A stretch of DNA of 64,000 nucleotides from Candidatus Eiseniibacteriota bacterium (GCA_044223005.1 JBGAML010000020.1:28132-92131); one strand, 5' to 3'; positions 31,393-42,300 are shown, counted from the stretch's first letter. Translations and numbers: made by a program. The notes: a model not told the origin generated them from the letters alone.

Positions 31393-34134
31393 TCATTTGG
31401 AGGCACTCAGCGTGAGCCCCACCTCGATGCGGCGCGGGGCATAGTAGCGGGTCGGATCGAGGAGCCGGCCGAGATCCTTGCCGGGGAACCGCGAGTAGTA
31501 CGGATCGCCGGAGGAGTCGAACACGAAGTCGTTCTGGAACCGCGTGTCGAAGAGGTTGAAGACGCGCACGAACGCGCGGCCGCTGGAACCGAAGCGCGGG
31601 AGCACGTGGTCCGCGCGCAGGTCGACGAGCGTGGAGACCGGCTTGCGTCCCGAGTTCTTCTCGAGGCCGCCGCTGAAACCCGTCGTGATCGTCGGCGTGT
31701 ACGGCTGGCCGCTCGCGATGCGGAACGTCGCGTTCACGTTGAACTGGTCCGGCTTCGCCACGCTGAGCGAATAATTGAGCGTGTGCTTCTGGTCCCAGTT
31801 GAACGGGATCGAGCGCGGGCGAGCGTCCTCACCGGCCGCGGCGCGCGTCGCCGTCTCCTGCGGGTCGCTCGAGTTGCCCATCGCGGACTGCCACGTGTAG
31901 TCGAGCTTGGAGCCGATCATGCCCTTGGCCCGCTGCGTGATCGTCACCGTGAAGCCCACGACGCTGCCGAAGTCGACGTTCGCGAGCCGGGCGTACTGCG
32001 CACCGTTGTAGGTTTCGAGGATCTCGGTGCCGAGCAGGTCGCGCACGTCCTTGTAGTACGTCGTCACGTCGAGGCCGAGGTAGTCCGTCACGGCATGCTT
32101 GTAGCCGAACTGGTACTGGACCGTCTTCTCGGGCCGGATGTTCGGGTTGCCCATCACCGGCACGCTGGTGTCGGTCGCCTGCAGGTCCTTGAGCCGGTCG
32201 TAGTCCGAGTCCTTGAAGATCTGGCCCAGACCCGGCAGCTGGTAGAAGTGGCCGTACGCGAAGAACAGCGAGGCGTGCTCCGAGATCGGATACGAAACGC
32301 CCAGGCGCGGCGCGAACGTCACCTTGGGATCGGCCATCACCGGATGCGAGAGCGGCACGCCCGCGATCGAGTTCGCGGGGTTCGCGAGATCGCTCGGGTA
32401 CGTGGAGCGGGCGCTGAAGTACTCCATGCGAACGCCGCCGCGCAGCGTGAGGTCGTTCCACTCGACTTCTTCCTGGGCGAACGCGGCACCGATCAGCGGC
32501 ACGTACTCGAGCACGCCCGGGAACTTGGGATCGTAGGTGGTGCGGCGCTGGATCACCTGCGCGCCGCCGCTCGTTTCCGAGGAATTGAAGATCACGTAGC
32601 CCGGCGAGCCGAACTGGATGTGCGGCCACTGGAACTCGCCGCCCACCTTCAGCTGGTGATCCTTCGCGACCTGGTCGACGAACGACGCCTTCAGGACGAC
32701 GCCGTTGGTGTTCTGCTTGAACCGGTCGAGATCGACACCCTGCGTGGTCGCGGTGATGCCGTAGTCGAAGTCGAACGACTGCGGCGCGCCCCATTCGTCG
32801 TAGCGCTTGTCCCACACGCTCTCGAACGCGTAGTCGGCGTAGTCCTTGTAGTTCTGGCGGACGCTCACGGAGTAGAACCGCGTCGGGGACAGCGTGTGCG
32901 TCAGGTCGAGGCCCTCGACGACCGACAGCGTGTGCTGCTTCTTGGTGCCGTCGGGCTCGAAGCGGTAGCCCCAGTTGACGGCCCGCGCCTCGATCTTGTC
33001 GAAGATCGCCTGCCAGCTCAGTTCGACGTTCGGGATCAACCGGTTCGTGACCTTGACGACGCCCGACCACTCGTCGGACCAGCCGAGCGGCATGCCCTTG
33101 CCGTCGCCCGACGGGTACAGGATGTGGTTCGTCACGTCCGCCTTGTCCCACGGATTGAAGTACCGCGCGCCGCGCACCCAGTCGTCGTTCTTGTAGTGGC
33201 GCGCGCTCAGGAGATAGGTGGTCCGGGGAATCAGCGTGGGTCCGTTCATGGACGCCTGGAAGTTCTGCTGCGACGCGAGCCGGTTGTGACCGTCGATGAT
33301 GCGCCGCGTGTTCACGCCCATCACGAGCGGGCCGCCCGCGTAGTACGGGGCCAGTCCTTCGACTCCCCAGTCCTGCGTGCCGTTCGAGTAGACCGGGCCG
33401 CCGGTGAAGACTTCGAGGTCCCAGCGGAACTTCTCGCCGCCGCGCTTCAGCACCGCGTTCACGACGCCGCTCATCGCCTGGCCGTACTCGGCGTCGAACG
33501 TGCCGCTGATGACCTGCACTTCCTCGAGCAGCGAGCGGTCCAGTCGCAGGGAGGCCTTGTTGTCGTACGCGTTGTTCACCGACACGCCGTCGACCTGGTA
33601 CTGGACTTCGTCGTCACGCCCGCCGCGGAAGTGCCCGTCCACGACGCCGGCCTGGAGGTTCACGATGTCGGTGAGCTCCTGCACGGGGAGCGTCTGCAGC
33701 TGTTCCCGGGACACGGTCGCGATGTTGCTGGTGCGGTTCACCTCGACCACGGGCTTGCGCGCGCTGACCACGACTTCCTGCATCTGGACGGCGCTCTCCG
33801 CGAGCTCGACGTCGAGGCGCGTGGTGTTGTCCGAGGTGATGTCGACGTTCTGCGTGAGGACCGGCCCGTACCCGATCAGCGCCGCCTTCACGCTGATGCG
33901 GCCGGGCGGGATGTTCAAGATGGTGTAGCGACCTTCGGCATCGGTCGCGGCCCCGAGGGGCATGCCCACGACGGCGATGTTCACGCCGGTGAGCGGCTGC
34001 TTCTTCTTGTCGGTGACCCGGCCCGAGAGCTTGCCGGTCGTGCCGGCGAGGACCGTGCCGGCGAAACAACCGGCGATCAGCAGCGCCGTGCCCAGAGTGC
34101 GGACCACCCACCGTCCCATGTTCCGGCGATCCAT
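31393..34134 (-). CDS. TonB-dependent receptor with carboxypeptidase-regulatory-like N-terminal domain
   Basis: GTTGKLSGRVTD, QEVVVSA, HFRGGR..EVQYQVDG, SGTFDAEYGQAMSGVVN, FAPRLGVSYPI, FNLFD, PRRIEVGL. Confidence 0.9.
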   Translation of the reverse strand: MDRRNMGRWVVRTLGTALLIAGCFAGTVLAGTTGKLSGRVTDKKKQPLTGVNIAVVGMPLGAATDAEGRYTILNIPPGRISVKAALIGYGPVLTQNVDITSDNTTRLDVELAESAVQMQEVVVSARKPVVEVNRTSNIATVSREQLQTLPVQELTDIVNLQAGVVDGHFRGGRDDEVQYQVDGVSVNNAYDNKASLRLDRSLLEEVQVISGTFDAEYGQAMSGVVNAVLKRGGEKFRWDLEVFTGGPVYSNGTQDWGVEGLAPYYAGGPLVMGVNTRRIIDGHNRLASQQNFQASMNGPTLIPRTTYLLSARHYKNDDWVRGARYFNPWDKADVTNHILYPSGDGKGMPLGWSDEWSGVVKVTNRLIPNVELSWQAIFDKIEARAVNWGYRFEPDGTKKQHTLSVVEGLDLTHTLSPTRFYSVSVRQNYKDYADYAFESVWDKRYDEWGAPQSFDFDYGITATTQGVDLDRFKQNTNGVVLKASFVDQVAKDHQLKVGGEFQWPHIQFGSPGYVIFNSSETSGGAQVIQRRTTYDPKFPGVLEYVPLIGAAFAQEEVEWNDLTLRGGVRMEYFSARSTYPSDLANPANSIAGVPLSHPVMADPKVTFAPRLGVSYPISEHASLFFAYGHFYQLPGLGQIFKDSDYDRLKDLQATDTSVPVMGNPNIRPEKTVQYQFGYKHAVTDYLGLDVTTYYKDVRDLLGTEILETYNGAQYARLANVDFGSVVGFTVTITQRAKGMIGSKLDYTWQSAMGNSSDPQETATRAAAGEDARPRSIPFNWDQKHTLNYSLSVAKPDQFNVNATFRIASGQPYTPTITTGFSGGLEKNSGRKPVSTLVDLRADHVLPRFGSSGRAFVRVFNLFDTRFQNDFVFDSSGDPYYSRFPGKDLGRLLDPTRYYAPRRIEVGLTLSASK

Positions 34135-34185
34135 GACGGAATGCCCCTCTATCGTTGCTTTCGAGTGACCGGGAGCGGTGGCAGG

Positions 34186-34219
34186 CCGGACGGGGCGGGC
34201 GCGAGCCCGCCCCGTCCGG
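34186..34219. other. GC-rich intercistronic hairpin without U-tract
   Basis: CCGGACGGGGCGGGC-gcga-GCCCGCCCCGTCCGG, 15-bp stem. Confidence 0.65.
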
Positions 34220-34234
34220 GGCACCGCCTCGGGA

Positions 34235-36154
34235 TTACTCCATGACCAGCATCTTGCCCGACAGCGTTCCCTTCGACGCGCCGGTATTGGGATCCGACAC
34301 GCTCACGCGATAGAGGTACACGCCCGCGTGGCCGGCGAACGGCGCCACGTGCACGCGCGCCTCACCCGCCGCCTGCACGCCGTACGCGTGCGAGTGCACG
34401 AGACGGCCCTGCAGGTCGAAGACGTCGAGCGACACGTTGCTGGCCTGCGGCAGCCGGAACGAGACCGACGTCGTCCCACGGAACGGGTTCGGGAAGTTGC
34501 CCAGCAGTTCGAGCGCGACCGGCGTCGGCGGCGCGACATCCAGCGTGCCGTTCGGCACCAGCGTGTTGGCGTCGAGCGCGGCGACGCACGGACCATCCTC
34601 GTTCTCGTACTGGCGGAAGAACCAGGAGCGCGTGCCGTAGCTGTCCGTGAACGGGATGTAGGAATCGCCGTCGCACAGGTCGAGCGCCCAGTAGAACGCG
34701 CGATCGCCGAGGCTCGCGTTGTAGCCGAGCGAAAGGAGGTCGACCTCGAACTCCGCCTGCCAGCCCGAATCGATGTCCACGCCCAGCGTGTCGACGGTCG
34801 TGCCCGGCTTGAGCGCCAGCGCGGCCTTGACCTGGCCGTTGGCGATCATGTTCGGGAGCGAATCCGAAGCGACCAGCTGGCCGGTGGGCCCGACCTGGAA
34901 GCTCATGCGGTAGCTGAGCAGCGACTTGTCGTTGCCCGCCTTCGAGTGGTCGTTGATCGACAGGATGCCGCCGTCCCAGCGGTCGAACGTCGGGTGGTAC
35001 TGCACCACGGCGTCGGTCGCATCGATGCCGATGTAGAGCTTGGTGCCCTTGTAGAAGTACTTCACGGTCGCGTCGAGCGGATCCTGCACGAACGCGGTGC
35101 CGTTGTTCACGCTCGGCTGGAACTCGCCCGAGCGGTACGGACCGGAGCCCGGGTAACCCGCACGGACGGACGGGTTGCCGTACTCGATCTTGAAGCTCGG
35201 CGCGTTCGCCCACACCGACTCGTTCAGGTTGCCGTCGATCGTCGGGTACGCGAACTTGACGCCGTTCGGGATGATCATGTCGGCGGCCATCGCCGGCGTC
35301 GCGCCGGAAGCCACCGTCACGTCCGGACGGCCGAGCACCTTCAGGTTGTGGTACCAGCCCGCGTTGCCCCACGGACCCTGGATCCACGTGCGGTTGCTCG
35401 CGTAGCGGAAGTAGTTGCTGAGCGGCCACACCCAGTCGGTGTCGTAGATCGACATGTTCCACTCGACCACGTCACCGGCCAGCTGCGTCACGTCGTAGCC
35501 CGTCGCGGAAAGGCCGAAGCGCATCTCGACCGTGTAGCCCTGGTCGGCGGCCGCGTCGTCGTTCACGTTGCCGTTCACCGTGTAGGCCACGTCCCACGCC
35601 TGCAGCTGCGTCGGCGTGTAGGTCGTGTCGCGCGCGGGCCAGTTCCGGAAGATGCCCATCTGGCTCATCTTGTTGAGCACGGGGTCGCCGGGGTTGTAGT
35701 TGCTCTCGACCGGCCACCACCACGACGTGAAGTGCTCGCCGGCGGGCGCCGGACGCGTGGCGAGCTGGTGCTGCTTCACCGACATGAGCAGGCCGTCCAT
35801 CGTGTTGAACGCGGACGAACCGCCGATCGAGCTGTCACGCACCGTGACGCCGACCCAGAGGTTGTTGCCGACCGTCAGGAAGCGGACGACCGCGCGGATC
35901 GGATCCGCCGTCGGGAAGCCGCCCTCGTCCTTCCAGCCGCTGCCGGGGGCCGCACCGATCGTGCGACCGAGGACGACGATCGACTCGGCCTGAGCCCACT
36001 GCGCTTCGCTCAGCTGGCCGTCGAGCGTGAGCGCGGCACCGTTCGTGGAACGGGCCCAGACGTAATCGTGGCGCTGGAACTGCGCGTGGCTCGGGGTCGC
36101 CGAAACCAGCGCAGCGCCGATCACCAGCGCGCCCAGGAGTGCTGCCTTCTTCAT
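34235..36154 (-). CDS. Secreted protein with two CBM9/DOMON-like repeats and a T9SS-like CTD
   Basis: GGAGG RBS, signal peptide; LDGQLSEAQW and IDGNLNESVW repeats with GYTVEMRF/GWQAEFEV; tail GNFPNPF...VFDLQGRLV...GVYLYRV. Confidence 0.75.
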   Translation of the reverse strand: MKKAALLGALVIGAALVSATPSHAQFQRHDYVWARSTNGAALTLDGQLSEAQWAQAESIVVLGRTIGAAPGSGWKDEGGFPTADPIRAVVRFLTVGNNLWVGVTVRDSSIGGSSAFNTMDGLLMSVKQHQLATRPAPAGEHFTSWWWPVESNYNPGDPVLNKMSQMGIFRNWPARDTTYTPTQLQAWDVAYTVNGNVNDDAAADQGYTVEMRFGLSATGYDVTQLAGDVVEWNMSIYDTDWVWPLSNYFRYASNRTWIQGPWGNAGWYHNLKVLGRPDVTVASGATPAMAADMIIPNGVKFAYPTIDGNLNESVWANAPSFKIEYGNPSVRAGYPGSGPYRSGEFQPSVNNGTAFVQDPLDATVKYFYKGTKLYIGIDATDAVVQYHPTFDRWDGGILSINDHSKAGNDKSLLSYRMSFQVGPTGQLVASDSLPNMIANGQVKAALALKPGTTVDTLGVDIDSGWQAEFEVDLLSLGYNASLGDRAFYWALDLCDGDSYIPFTDSYGTRSWFFRQYENEDGPCVAALDANTLVPNGTLDVAPPTPVALELLGNFPNPFRGTTSVSFRLPQASNVSLDVFDLQGRLVHSHAYGVQAAGEARVHVAPFAGHAGVYLYRVSVSDPNTGASKGTLSGKMLVME

Positions 36155-36336
36155 GGTTCGGACCTCCTGCAAGGGGAAGGATCTGTGGCCGGGGGCCGCG
36201 TCCTCTCCCGGAGGGCGTCGCCTCGGCCCGCTGCTGATGTCCATACCTGCTTCACTGCTCGAAACGCGTCACCTCGGAACGATTGGGGCCCTCCACGGCC
36301 TGTCGTGAGCCACGGTGCGGATGGAGAAATCGCGGT

Positions 36337-37434
36337 TCATGCCGGTGCGCCGTCCTGGCCGCTGGACGCGTGCTCGTCGTGGTGACGCGTCGCACGCGGA
36401 CGGTGCCGCGTGGCGTGCACGGCGGGCGCGGTCGCCGGCTGCGCGCCACAGGAGCCGCGCACCACCAGCGAGGTCGGCAGCACTTCGCGCAGCGGCTCGG
36501 CGGGGCGCCGGGCGCGCGCGTACGGGATCAGGCGCTGCATCGCGCGCTCGCCGAGATCGCACGCGTCGACGCGCACGGTCGTGAGCGCGGGGCTCAGGTA
36601 CTGGGCGATCGCGATGTCGTCGAAGCCCACCATCGCGATGTCCTGCGGCACGCGGACGTCCGCGTCGCGCAGCGCGCTCATGAGCCCGATCGCCATGTAG
36701 TCGTTGGCCGCGAACACCGCCGTCGGCCGCGGGCGCATGCGCACGAGATCCGCGGCGGCATGGAACCCGGTCGACTCGCTGAAGTCACCGGCCACCTCGA
36801 GTTCCGGCGCCCACGGCAGCCCGGCGTCCTCGAGCGCCTGGCGCCAGCCGCGGCGGCGCTCCTCGGCGTCGAGGTTGCCGTGCGGCCCCATCACGATCGC
36901 GATGCGGCGGTGGCCGAGGTCGATCAGGTGGCGCACGGCCGCGTACGCGCCGTCGTAGTTGGCGATCGAGATCGCGCCGACGTCGACCGCCATCGCGCCC
37001 GGGTTCAGCAGCAGCACGGGGAAGCGCGTCGCGAAGTCGCGGATCGCCGCAGTCGCGTCGGCATCGGGCGCCATGACGATGAGGCCGTCGATGCGCCCGC
37101 GCAGCGCGCGCACCGCGGAGACGATCGTCTCGGCGTTCGCGCGCGAGCTCGAGATGAGCACCTGGTACTTCTCGCGGCGGGCGGCGAAGTCGAGACCGCG
37201 GATCACCTCCGAGAAGAACTCGCCGTAGAGATCCGGAAGCAGCACGCCGATCGCGTGCGTGCGATGCGTGATCAGGCTGCGCGCCGCGCTGTTCGGCCAG
37301 TAGTCGAGTCGCGCCGCCACCGCACGCACATGCTGCGCGGTGGTCTCCGTCACGAGCGCCTGCTGATTGAACACGCGGGACACGGTGGCGATGGACACCC
37401 CTGCTTCGCGCGCGACGTCTCGGATCGTGGCCAC
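36337..37434 (-). CDS. LacI-family transcriptional regulator
   Basis: ATIRDVAREAGVSIATVSRVFN HTH, ARSL, ANDYMAIG, VGFDD; GTG start after GGAG. Confidence 0.93.
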   Translation of the reverse strand: MATIRDVAREAGVSIATVSRVFNQQALVTETTAQHVRAVAARLDYWPNSAARSLITHRTHAIGVLLPDLYGEFFSEVIRGLDFAARREKYQVLISSSRANAETIVSAVRALRGRIDGLIVMAPDADATAAIRDFATRFPVLLLNPGAMAVDVGAISIANYDGAYAAVRHLIDLGHRRIAIVMGPHGNLDAEERRRGWRQALEDAGLPWAPELEVAGDFSESTGFHAAADLVRMRPRPTAVFAANDYMAIGLMSALRDADVRVPQDIAMVGFDDIAIAQYLSPALTTVRVDACDLGERAMQRLIPYARARRPAEPLREVLPTSLVVRGSCGAQPATAPAVHATRHRPRATRHHDEHASSGQDGAPA

Positions 37435-37527
37435 GGTGGAGGCTCCAGGACGAGTGGGGACCTGCGAGAGGGACTTTGTTCGCGCTCGGGATCGGGGCGC
37501 CGAACGGGGCGCGATCACCGCGTGCAA

Positions 37528-37541
37528 TGAAAACGATTACA
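37528..37541. promoter_or_regulatory. LacI-type operator 2 (TGAAAACGATTACA)
   Basis: Exact copy of 21158-21171, between lacI and the divergent GH1 gene; TTTACA 15 nt upstream on the minus strand. Confidence 0.75.
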
Positions 37542-37775
37542 TCTGCATTGGGTCTTTGTAAAGCGCCACTTTTCCGAAGGAGAACATCCTGCCGACGAGC
37601 GCGGTCGAGTTGTGGAAATGGAGCTGCATCTCTAAGTCATACTTACATTTACGAGTCGCGCACCAGCAACCGCCCTGCCGCGCCTGGGACTGCCGTTTGT
37701 GCTGGCGCGGCTTCGCTGGCTATGCTGCCGGACTTCCGCGAACCCATGCGCAACGACGCTGGAGACCGCTCGAAC

Positions 37776-39128
37776 ATGCCCTCCATGAAAACGTTTCCCG
37801 AGTCCTTTCTCTTCGGTGCCGCGACGTCGGCGTACCAGGTCGAAGGCTCGCCGCTCGCCGACGGTGCGGGCGCGAGCATCTGGCATCGCTTCACGCACAC
37901 GCCGGGACGCACGCCGTCGGGCGACACGGGTGACGTCGCGTGCGATCACTACCGTCGCTGGGAGAGCGACGTCGAGCTCATGCGCGAGCTCGAGTTGAAC
38001 GCGTACCGGCTCAGCATCTCGTGGAGCCGCGTGCTGCCCGAGGGCCGCGGGCGCGTGAACGAGAAGGGACTCGACTTCTATCGCCGTCTCGTCGACCGCC
38101 TGTGCGAGCACGGCATCGCGCCCAACGTCACGCTCTACCACTGGGACCTGCCGGCGGCGCTCGACGATCGCGGCGGCTGGCTGAACCCGGACGTCGTGCA
38201 TTGGTTCGCGGACTACGCCGACGTGATGTACCGCGCGCTGGGCGATCGCGTGGCGATGTGGGCGACGCTCAACGAGCCGTGGGTCGTGGTGGATTCGGGC
38301 TACCTCTTCGGGGTGCAGGCGCCGGGGCACGCGAATCTCTACGAGGCGCCGATCGCGACGCACCACCTCCTGCTCTCGCACGCGGCGGCGGTGGAGCGCT
38401 ACCGCGCGACGGGCCTGAAGGCGCCGATCGGGATCGTGGTGAACCTGGAGATGAAGGACCCGGCGTCGGACTCACCGGAAGACGTGGCGGCGACGGCGCG
38501 CTCGCACACGTACTTCAACGAGCAGTACTGCGATCCGCTCTTCCTCGGGCGCTACCCAGCGGGCATGCGCGAGATCTTCGGCGAGGCGTGGCCGTCGTTC
38601 CCCGAAGCCGAGGTCGCGCGGATCAAGACGCCGATCGACTTCCTGGGCATCAACTACTACACGCGTTGCCTGACGGCGCACGATGCTTCGCGGCCGCCGG
38701 TCTGCGAGCGGCGGGTCGTGCCGGACGGCGCGACGGTGATGACGACGGGCTGGGAGTTCTATCCGCCGGGGCTGGAGCGGACGCTGGCGTGGGTGCACGA
38801 GCGGTATGGGGCGATTCCGCTGTACGTGACGGAGGCGGGTGGGCCGTTCGTCGACGTGGTCGGGCCTTCCGGGGCGGTCTCGGATCCGCAGCGGGTGGAG
38901 GTGCACCGGGCGAACCTGCTCGGTTGCTTGTCGGCGTTGTCGCGCGGGATCGACGTGCGGGGCTACTTCGCGTGGTCGCTGATGGACAACCTGGAGTGGT
39001 CGTCGGGGTTCAAGCACCGGTTCGGGTTGGTGCGGGTGGACTTCGATTCCCAGGTTCGGACCATCAAGGCGAGCGGAGCGTTCTATCGGGACGTGATTCG
39101 GTCGCGGGGTTCTTCGCTTTTCGCGTAG
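37776..39128 (+). CDS. GH1 beta-glucosidase
   Basis: FLFGAATSAYQVEG, ACDHYRRW, TLYHWDLP, TLNEPW, GINYY, YVTEAG, WSLMDNLEW; no signal peptide. Confidence 0.93.
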   Translation: MPSMKTFPESFLFGAATSAYQVEGSPLADGAGASIWHRFTHTPGRTPSGDTGDVACDHYRRWESDVELMRELELNAYRLSISWSRVLPEGRGRVNEKGLDFYRRLVDRLCEHGIAPNVTLYHWDLPAALDDRGGWLNPDVVHWFADYADVMYRALGDRVAMWATLNEPWVVVDSGYLFGVQAPGHANLYEAPIATHHLLLSHAAAVERYRATGLKAPIGIVVNLEMKDPASDSPEDVAATARSHTYFNEQYCDPLFLGRYPAGMREIFGEAWPSFPEAEVARIKTPIDFLGINYYTRCLTAHDASRPPVCERRVVPDGATVMTTGWEFYPPGLERTLAWVHERYGAIPLYVTEAGGPFVDVVGPSGAVSDPQRVEVHRANLLGCLSALSRGIDVRGYFAWSLMDNLEWSSGFKHRFGLVRVDFDSQVRTIKASGAFYRDVIRSRGSSLFA

Positions 39129-39366
39129 CCGCGGCTTCTGCGGTTTGCCCTCTGCAGACTTCGCGACGTACCGCCACGCGGCCGCGGCTCCGGGTCGAGA
39201 CCCCGTGCTCGCACGGGACCCGTCGCTCCCCTCCCGACCCGAGAGTCCCATCCCCGCGCTCTCGCCCATGCTGTGCGCGGGGCCTCGCCCTCCGCCACGT
39301 CCGCTGCTCGGGGCGACTACCGGGCTTGCACGGACTGGCGTTTGCCCAGGAAGTCCTTGGTCACCC

Positions 39367-42300
39367 CTATTTGAGGTGTTGCTTCGCGGGTCGACCCGAT
39401 CGCTTGGGCTCCGGTGCTCCGATCCTCTGTGAAACCGGGAGAACTCGGAATTCGACGAGACCTCGATAGGGCGTCGAGACGGGGCGAACGCGCCAGCTGA
39501 GGCTCACGGGCAACGCGTGCCGCACGCTCAATGCCTGCATACCCGAATCGAGACTTGATTGCTGATTGGCGTGCCGTCCCCCGACTCTTTCGATCACGGA
39601 TGGCCCCGACAACGGCTGTCGTGCTCCAAGGCTGAGGGCGATTCGAATTCCCGCAGGGGGTATCCGCAGGCCGGTGTCGTCGATATCGACCAGAATCGCC
39701 TTGTCGGACGGGGCACTGACCGGGATGTTGGAGAGCCAGTTGTAGTTTCTCGAGTTCCGGAGGTGCGCGGTCGAATCCGCCACCATTCGAATCCTGTACG
39801 ACAACGGCCCCCAGCGTGTTCTCAGGTCTTTCACGACCACTCCTGAGTCCGCAAGCCAGGACGGTGGGATGCCGGCGCCGATCACGAGACTGCTGTCCCC
39901 CTCATCTTCGTAGGCCAGCATGTCGAGGATGCTGCGGACGTAGTCGGTGCCGCACCAGGTGTGAGGCATGTCGCCGATGAAGTGCGGAGCGCGCTCATCG
40001 TGCCAGACCACTTCAGCCCAGTGTTGAAAGCCTGCCGGACGGCGGAAGTTCATGAGCCATGACCGCGCGGCGTTCGCACGAGCGGTCCAGTCCGCCCACA
40101 CGACGGCCGGCTGATCCTGCACCGCGAGATGCGCCATGGCGCCCACGTTTCGCCATTCGTAGGGCGTGAAGTTCTCCCAGGGCTTGGTGCCGTTCGCGCG
40201 GTTGGTGAAGAAGTCCCAGTACTTCTCGTAGGTGGCTTCCAGGACTTTGCGCGGCACGACACTCGTGTCGGCCATCACGGGGTCGAAGGCGATGCTGGTG
40301 CTGGTGGGGTCGAAGTCGCCGAGGTCGGCGCAGCCGGGGATGTAGTCGATGTGCTTCTCGGCCATGGTGCGGCGAATGCTGTTGGCGAAATCGGTGCTGA
40401 ACTCGTCGCGGTCGTGCTCGATGGACGGCTGCTCGGGCTTGTGCAGTTGCTTCGCGAGCCAGGCGGCGTCCTTGAAGCCCCTGAGGGCGAAGAAGTCGTC
40501 CCAGTAGGAGTGCATGGGCTTCGACGAGTAGCCCTCGTGGCTGATGCTGGGCGGTAGCAGGCCGAAGAATCTTGCGTTCTCGGGCGTCTGCCACTCGGGC
40601 GTGCGGCGCTGGGCTCGGAGGGTGTCGAGGTATTGCTCGGCGGCGAGGACGTGGGGCCACATCTTCTCGGCGAACTGCATGTCGCCGGTGTAGCGGGTGT
40701 ATTCGGCGATCAGGTAGATGAGCTCGCCGCTGCTGTCGTGCTCGGGGACGGGGTCGGCGCCTCGGCTGTCGACGCAGCAGGGGGCCTTGCCGTTCGCGAA
40801 CTGGAACGGAGCGAACCACTCGATGAACTGCTTCACGGCCTCGGTCTCCCCCAGCCGCAGCAGTGCGCTGGAGGTGAGGCAGCCGTCGCGGATCCAGGAC
40901 CGCGCGTACGAGCGCGTGCCGGGCTGGATGCGCGGGCCGTTGCGGTTGATCAGCACGTACGCGAGCTGCGCTTTGAGCGCGTGCACGGCGTCGCTGTCGG
41001 GGAACTCGATGCCGACGCGGTCGAGGCGCGTGCGCCACGCGCTGGTCGCGAGGCTGTCGAGCTGGTCCACGTAGCGGAGTTCGTCCGCCGCCGTGCCGCG
41101 GATCGGGATCGGGTTGGGCGCATCGTGCAGCGGGATCACGAGGTCGATCTCGCGCGTGCCGCCGGCGGGCAGGTCGAGCGCGTACGCGAGCGCGCCGGAG
41201 GCGTGCGACATCGCGTCGGGCATGCGCACGGCCGCGGGCAGGCGGCCGTCGGCGAGGAACTCCACGACGTCGCCCTGGTCGAACGACGCGGCGCCGAATG
41301 CGTCCGGCGCCTGCACGCTGGTCAGTCCGCGGTCGCCGTTCACGCGTACCACGTTGCCGTCCGCCGCCAGTTCGCGGATCGGCGCGACGCCGCCCTGCGT
41401 CGAGAGGAACTGCGTCGGCGGGTTCACCTGGAACGGGCGGATCGCGAGGTAGAGCGTGTCGCGCCGCGGCGCCGCGGAGCGGTTGGTCAGCCGGTAGCGC
41501 GCGACCAGCGCCGAGTGCTCGGCCACACCGGCGCCGAAGGCCGTCACGGTCAGGCGCTCGTCGCCGAACGCCCACTCGACCGACGGGATCGGCAGGTCGC
41601 CCCGGCGCAGCGACGGCGTCGCGGTGACGTCGGCCCACGTGACCAGTTTGCCGCCGGAGCGCACGAACGGCTCCACGGTCCACTGCCCGCGCCCGGCCTC
41701 GATGCGGCCGACCTCGTCGATCAGGCCCTCGTCCGAATCGAAGTCCTGCCCCACCACGGTCCAGAAGATGTTCTCGCCCAGCATGCCGCGCGGGTAGCGC
41801 CCACGCGGCGCGTCCTTCGCGATCGCGGAGTAGAAGCGGTCGGGCGTCGCGGACCACTCGAGCTTCTGCAGCCGCACGGCGGTCACCGCCATGGCGTCGG
41901 CCTCGAGCCGCGTACCGCGCACGCGGATCCAGCGCGCTTCGCTCTCGGGCAGGTACAAATAGTCGCGGCCGCCGTTGCTCCCGCTCACCATACGCGCCGC
42001 GGTCCACGTGCGGCGGTCGACCGAGAGCTCCACGGCGTAGTCGCGCGCGTGCCGGCCGGCGGCCCAGTCGATCACGAGCCCGCCGAACTCGCGCGCGGCA
42101 CCCAGGTCCATCACGAGCGCAGGTTCGCGCTCGCCTCGGCGGCTGCTCCACGCGCCCGAGACGACCTCGCGCCACGTCGTGTCGGGCTTCGGCAGCGGCT
42201 CCATGCGCAGGTTCTCGATCCACACGGTGCCCTTGCCGCCCTTGCCCGCGGTGATCGCGAACTCGATCGCGGCGACGTGCTTCGCCTCGCCGCCGCCCAG

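Noticed and set aside
21326..34245. Very long plus-strand ORFs (1379, 1050, 820, 955 aa) and similar shadow ORFs across the window
   Set aside because: Antisense or off-frame shadows of real genes caused by high GC3; Arg/Ala-rich with no recognisable motifs
20980..36259. Shared 10-mer CTTCACTGCT upstream of two secreted-protein genes
   Set aside because: Too short, non-palindromic, and the flanks do not align
37633..37645. TAAGT-cat-ACTTA palindrome in the lacI/GH1 intergenic region
   Set aside because: Short, single occurrence; cannot be distinguished from chance
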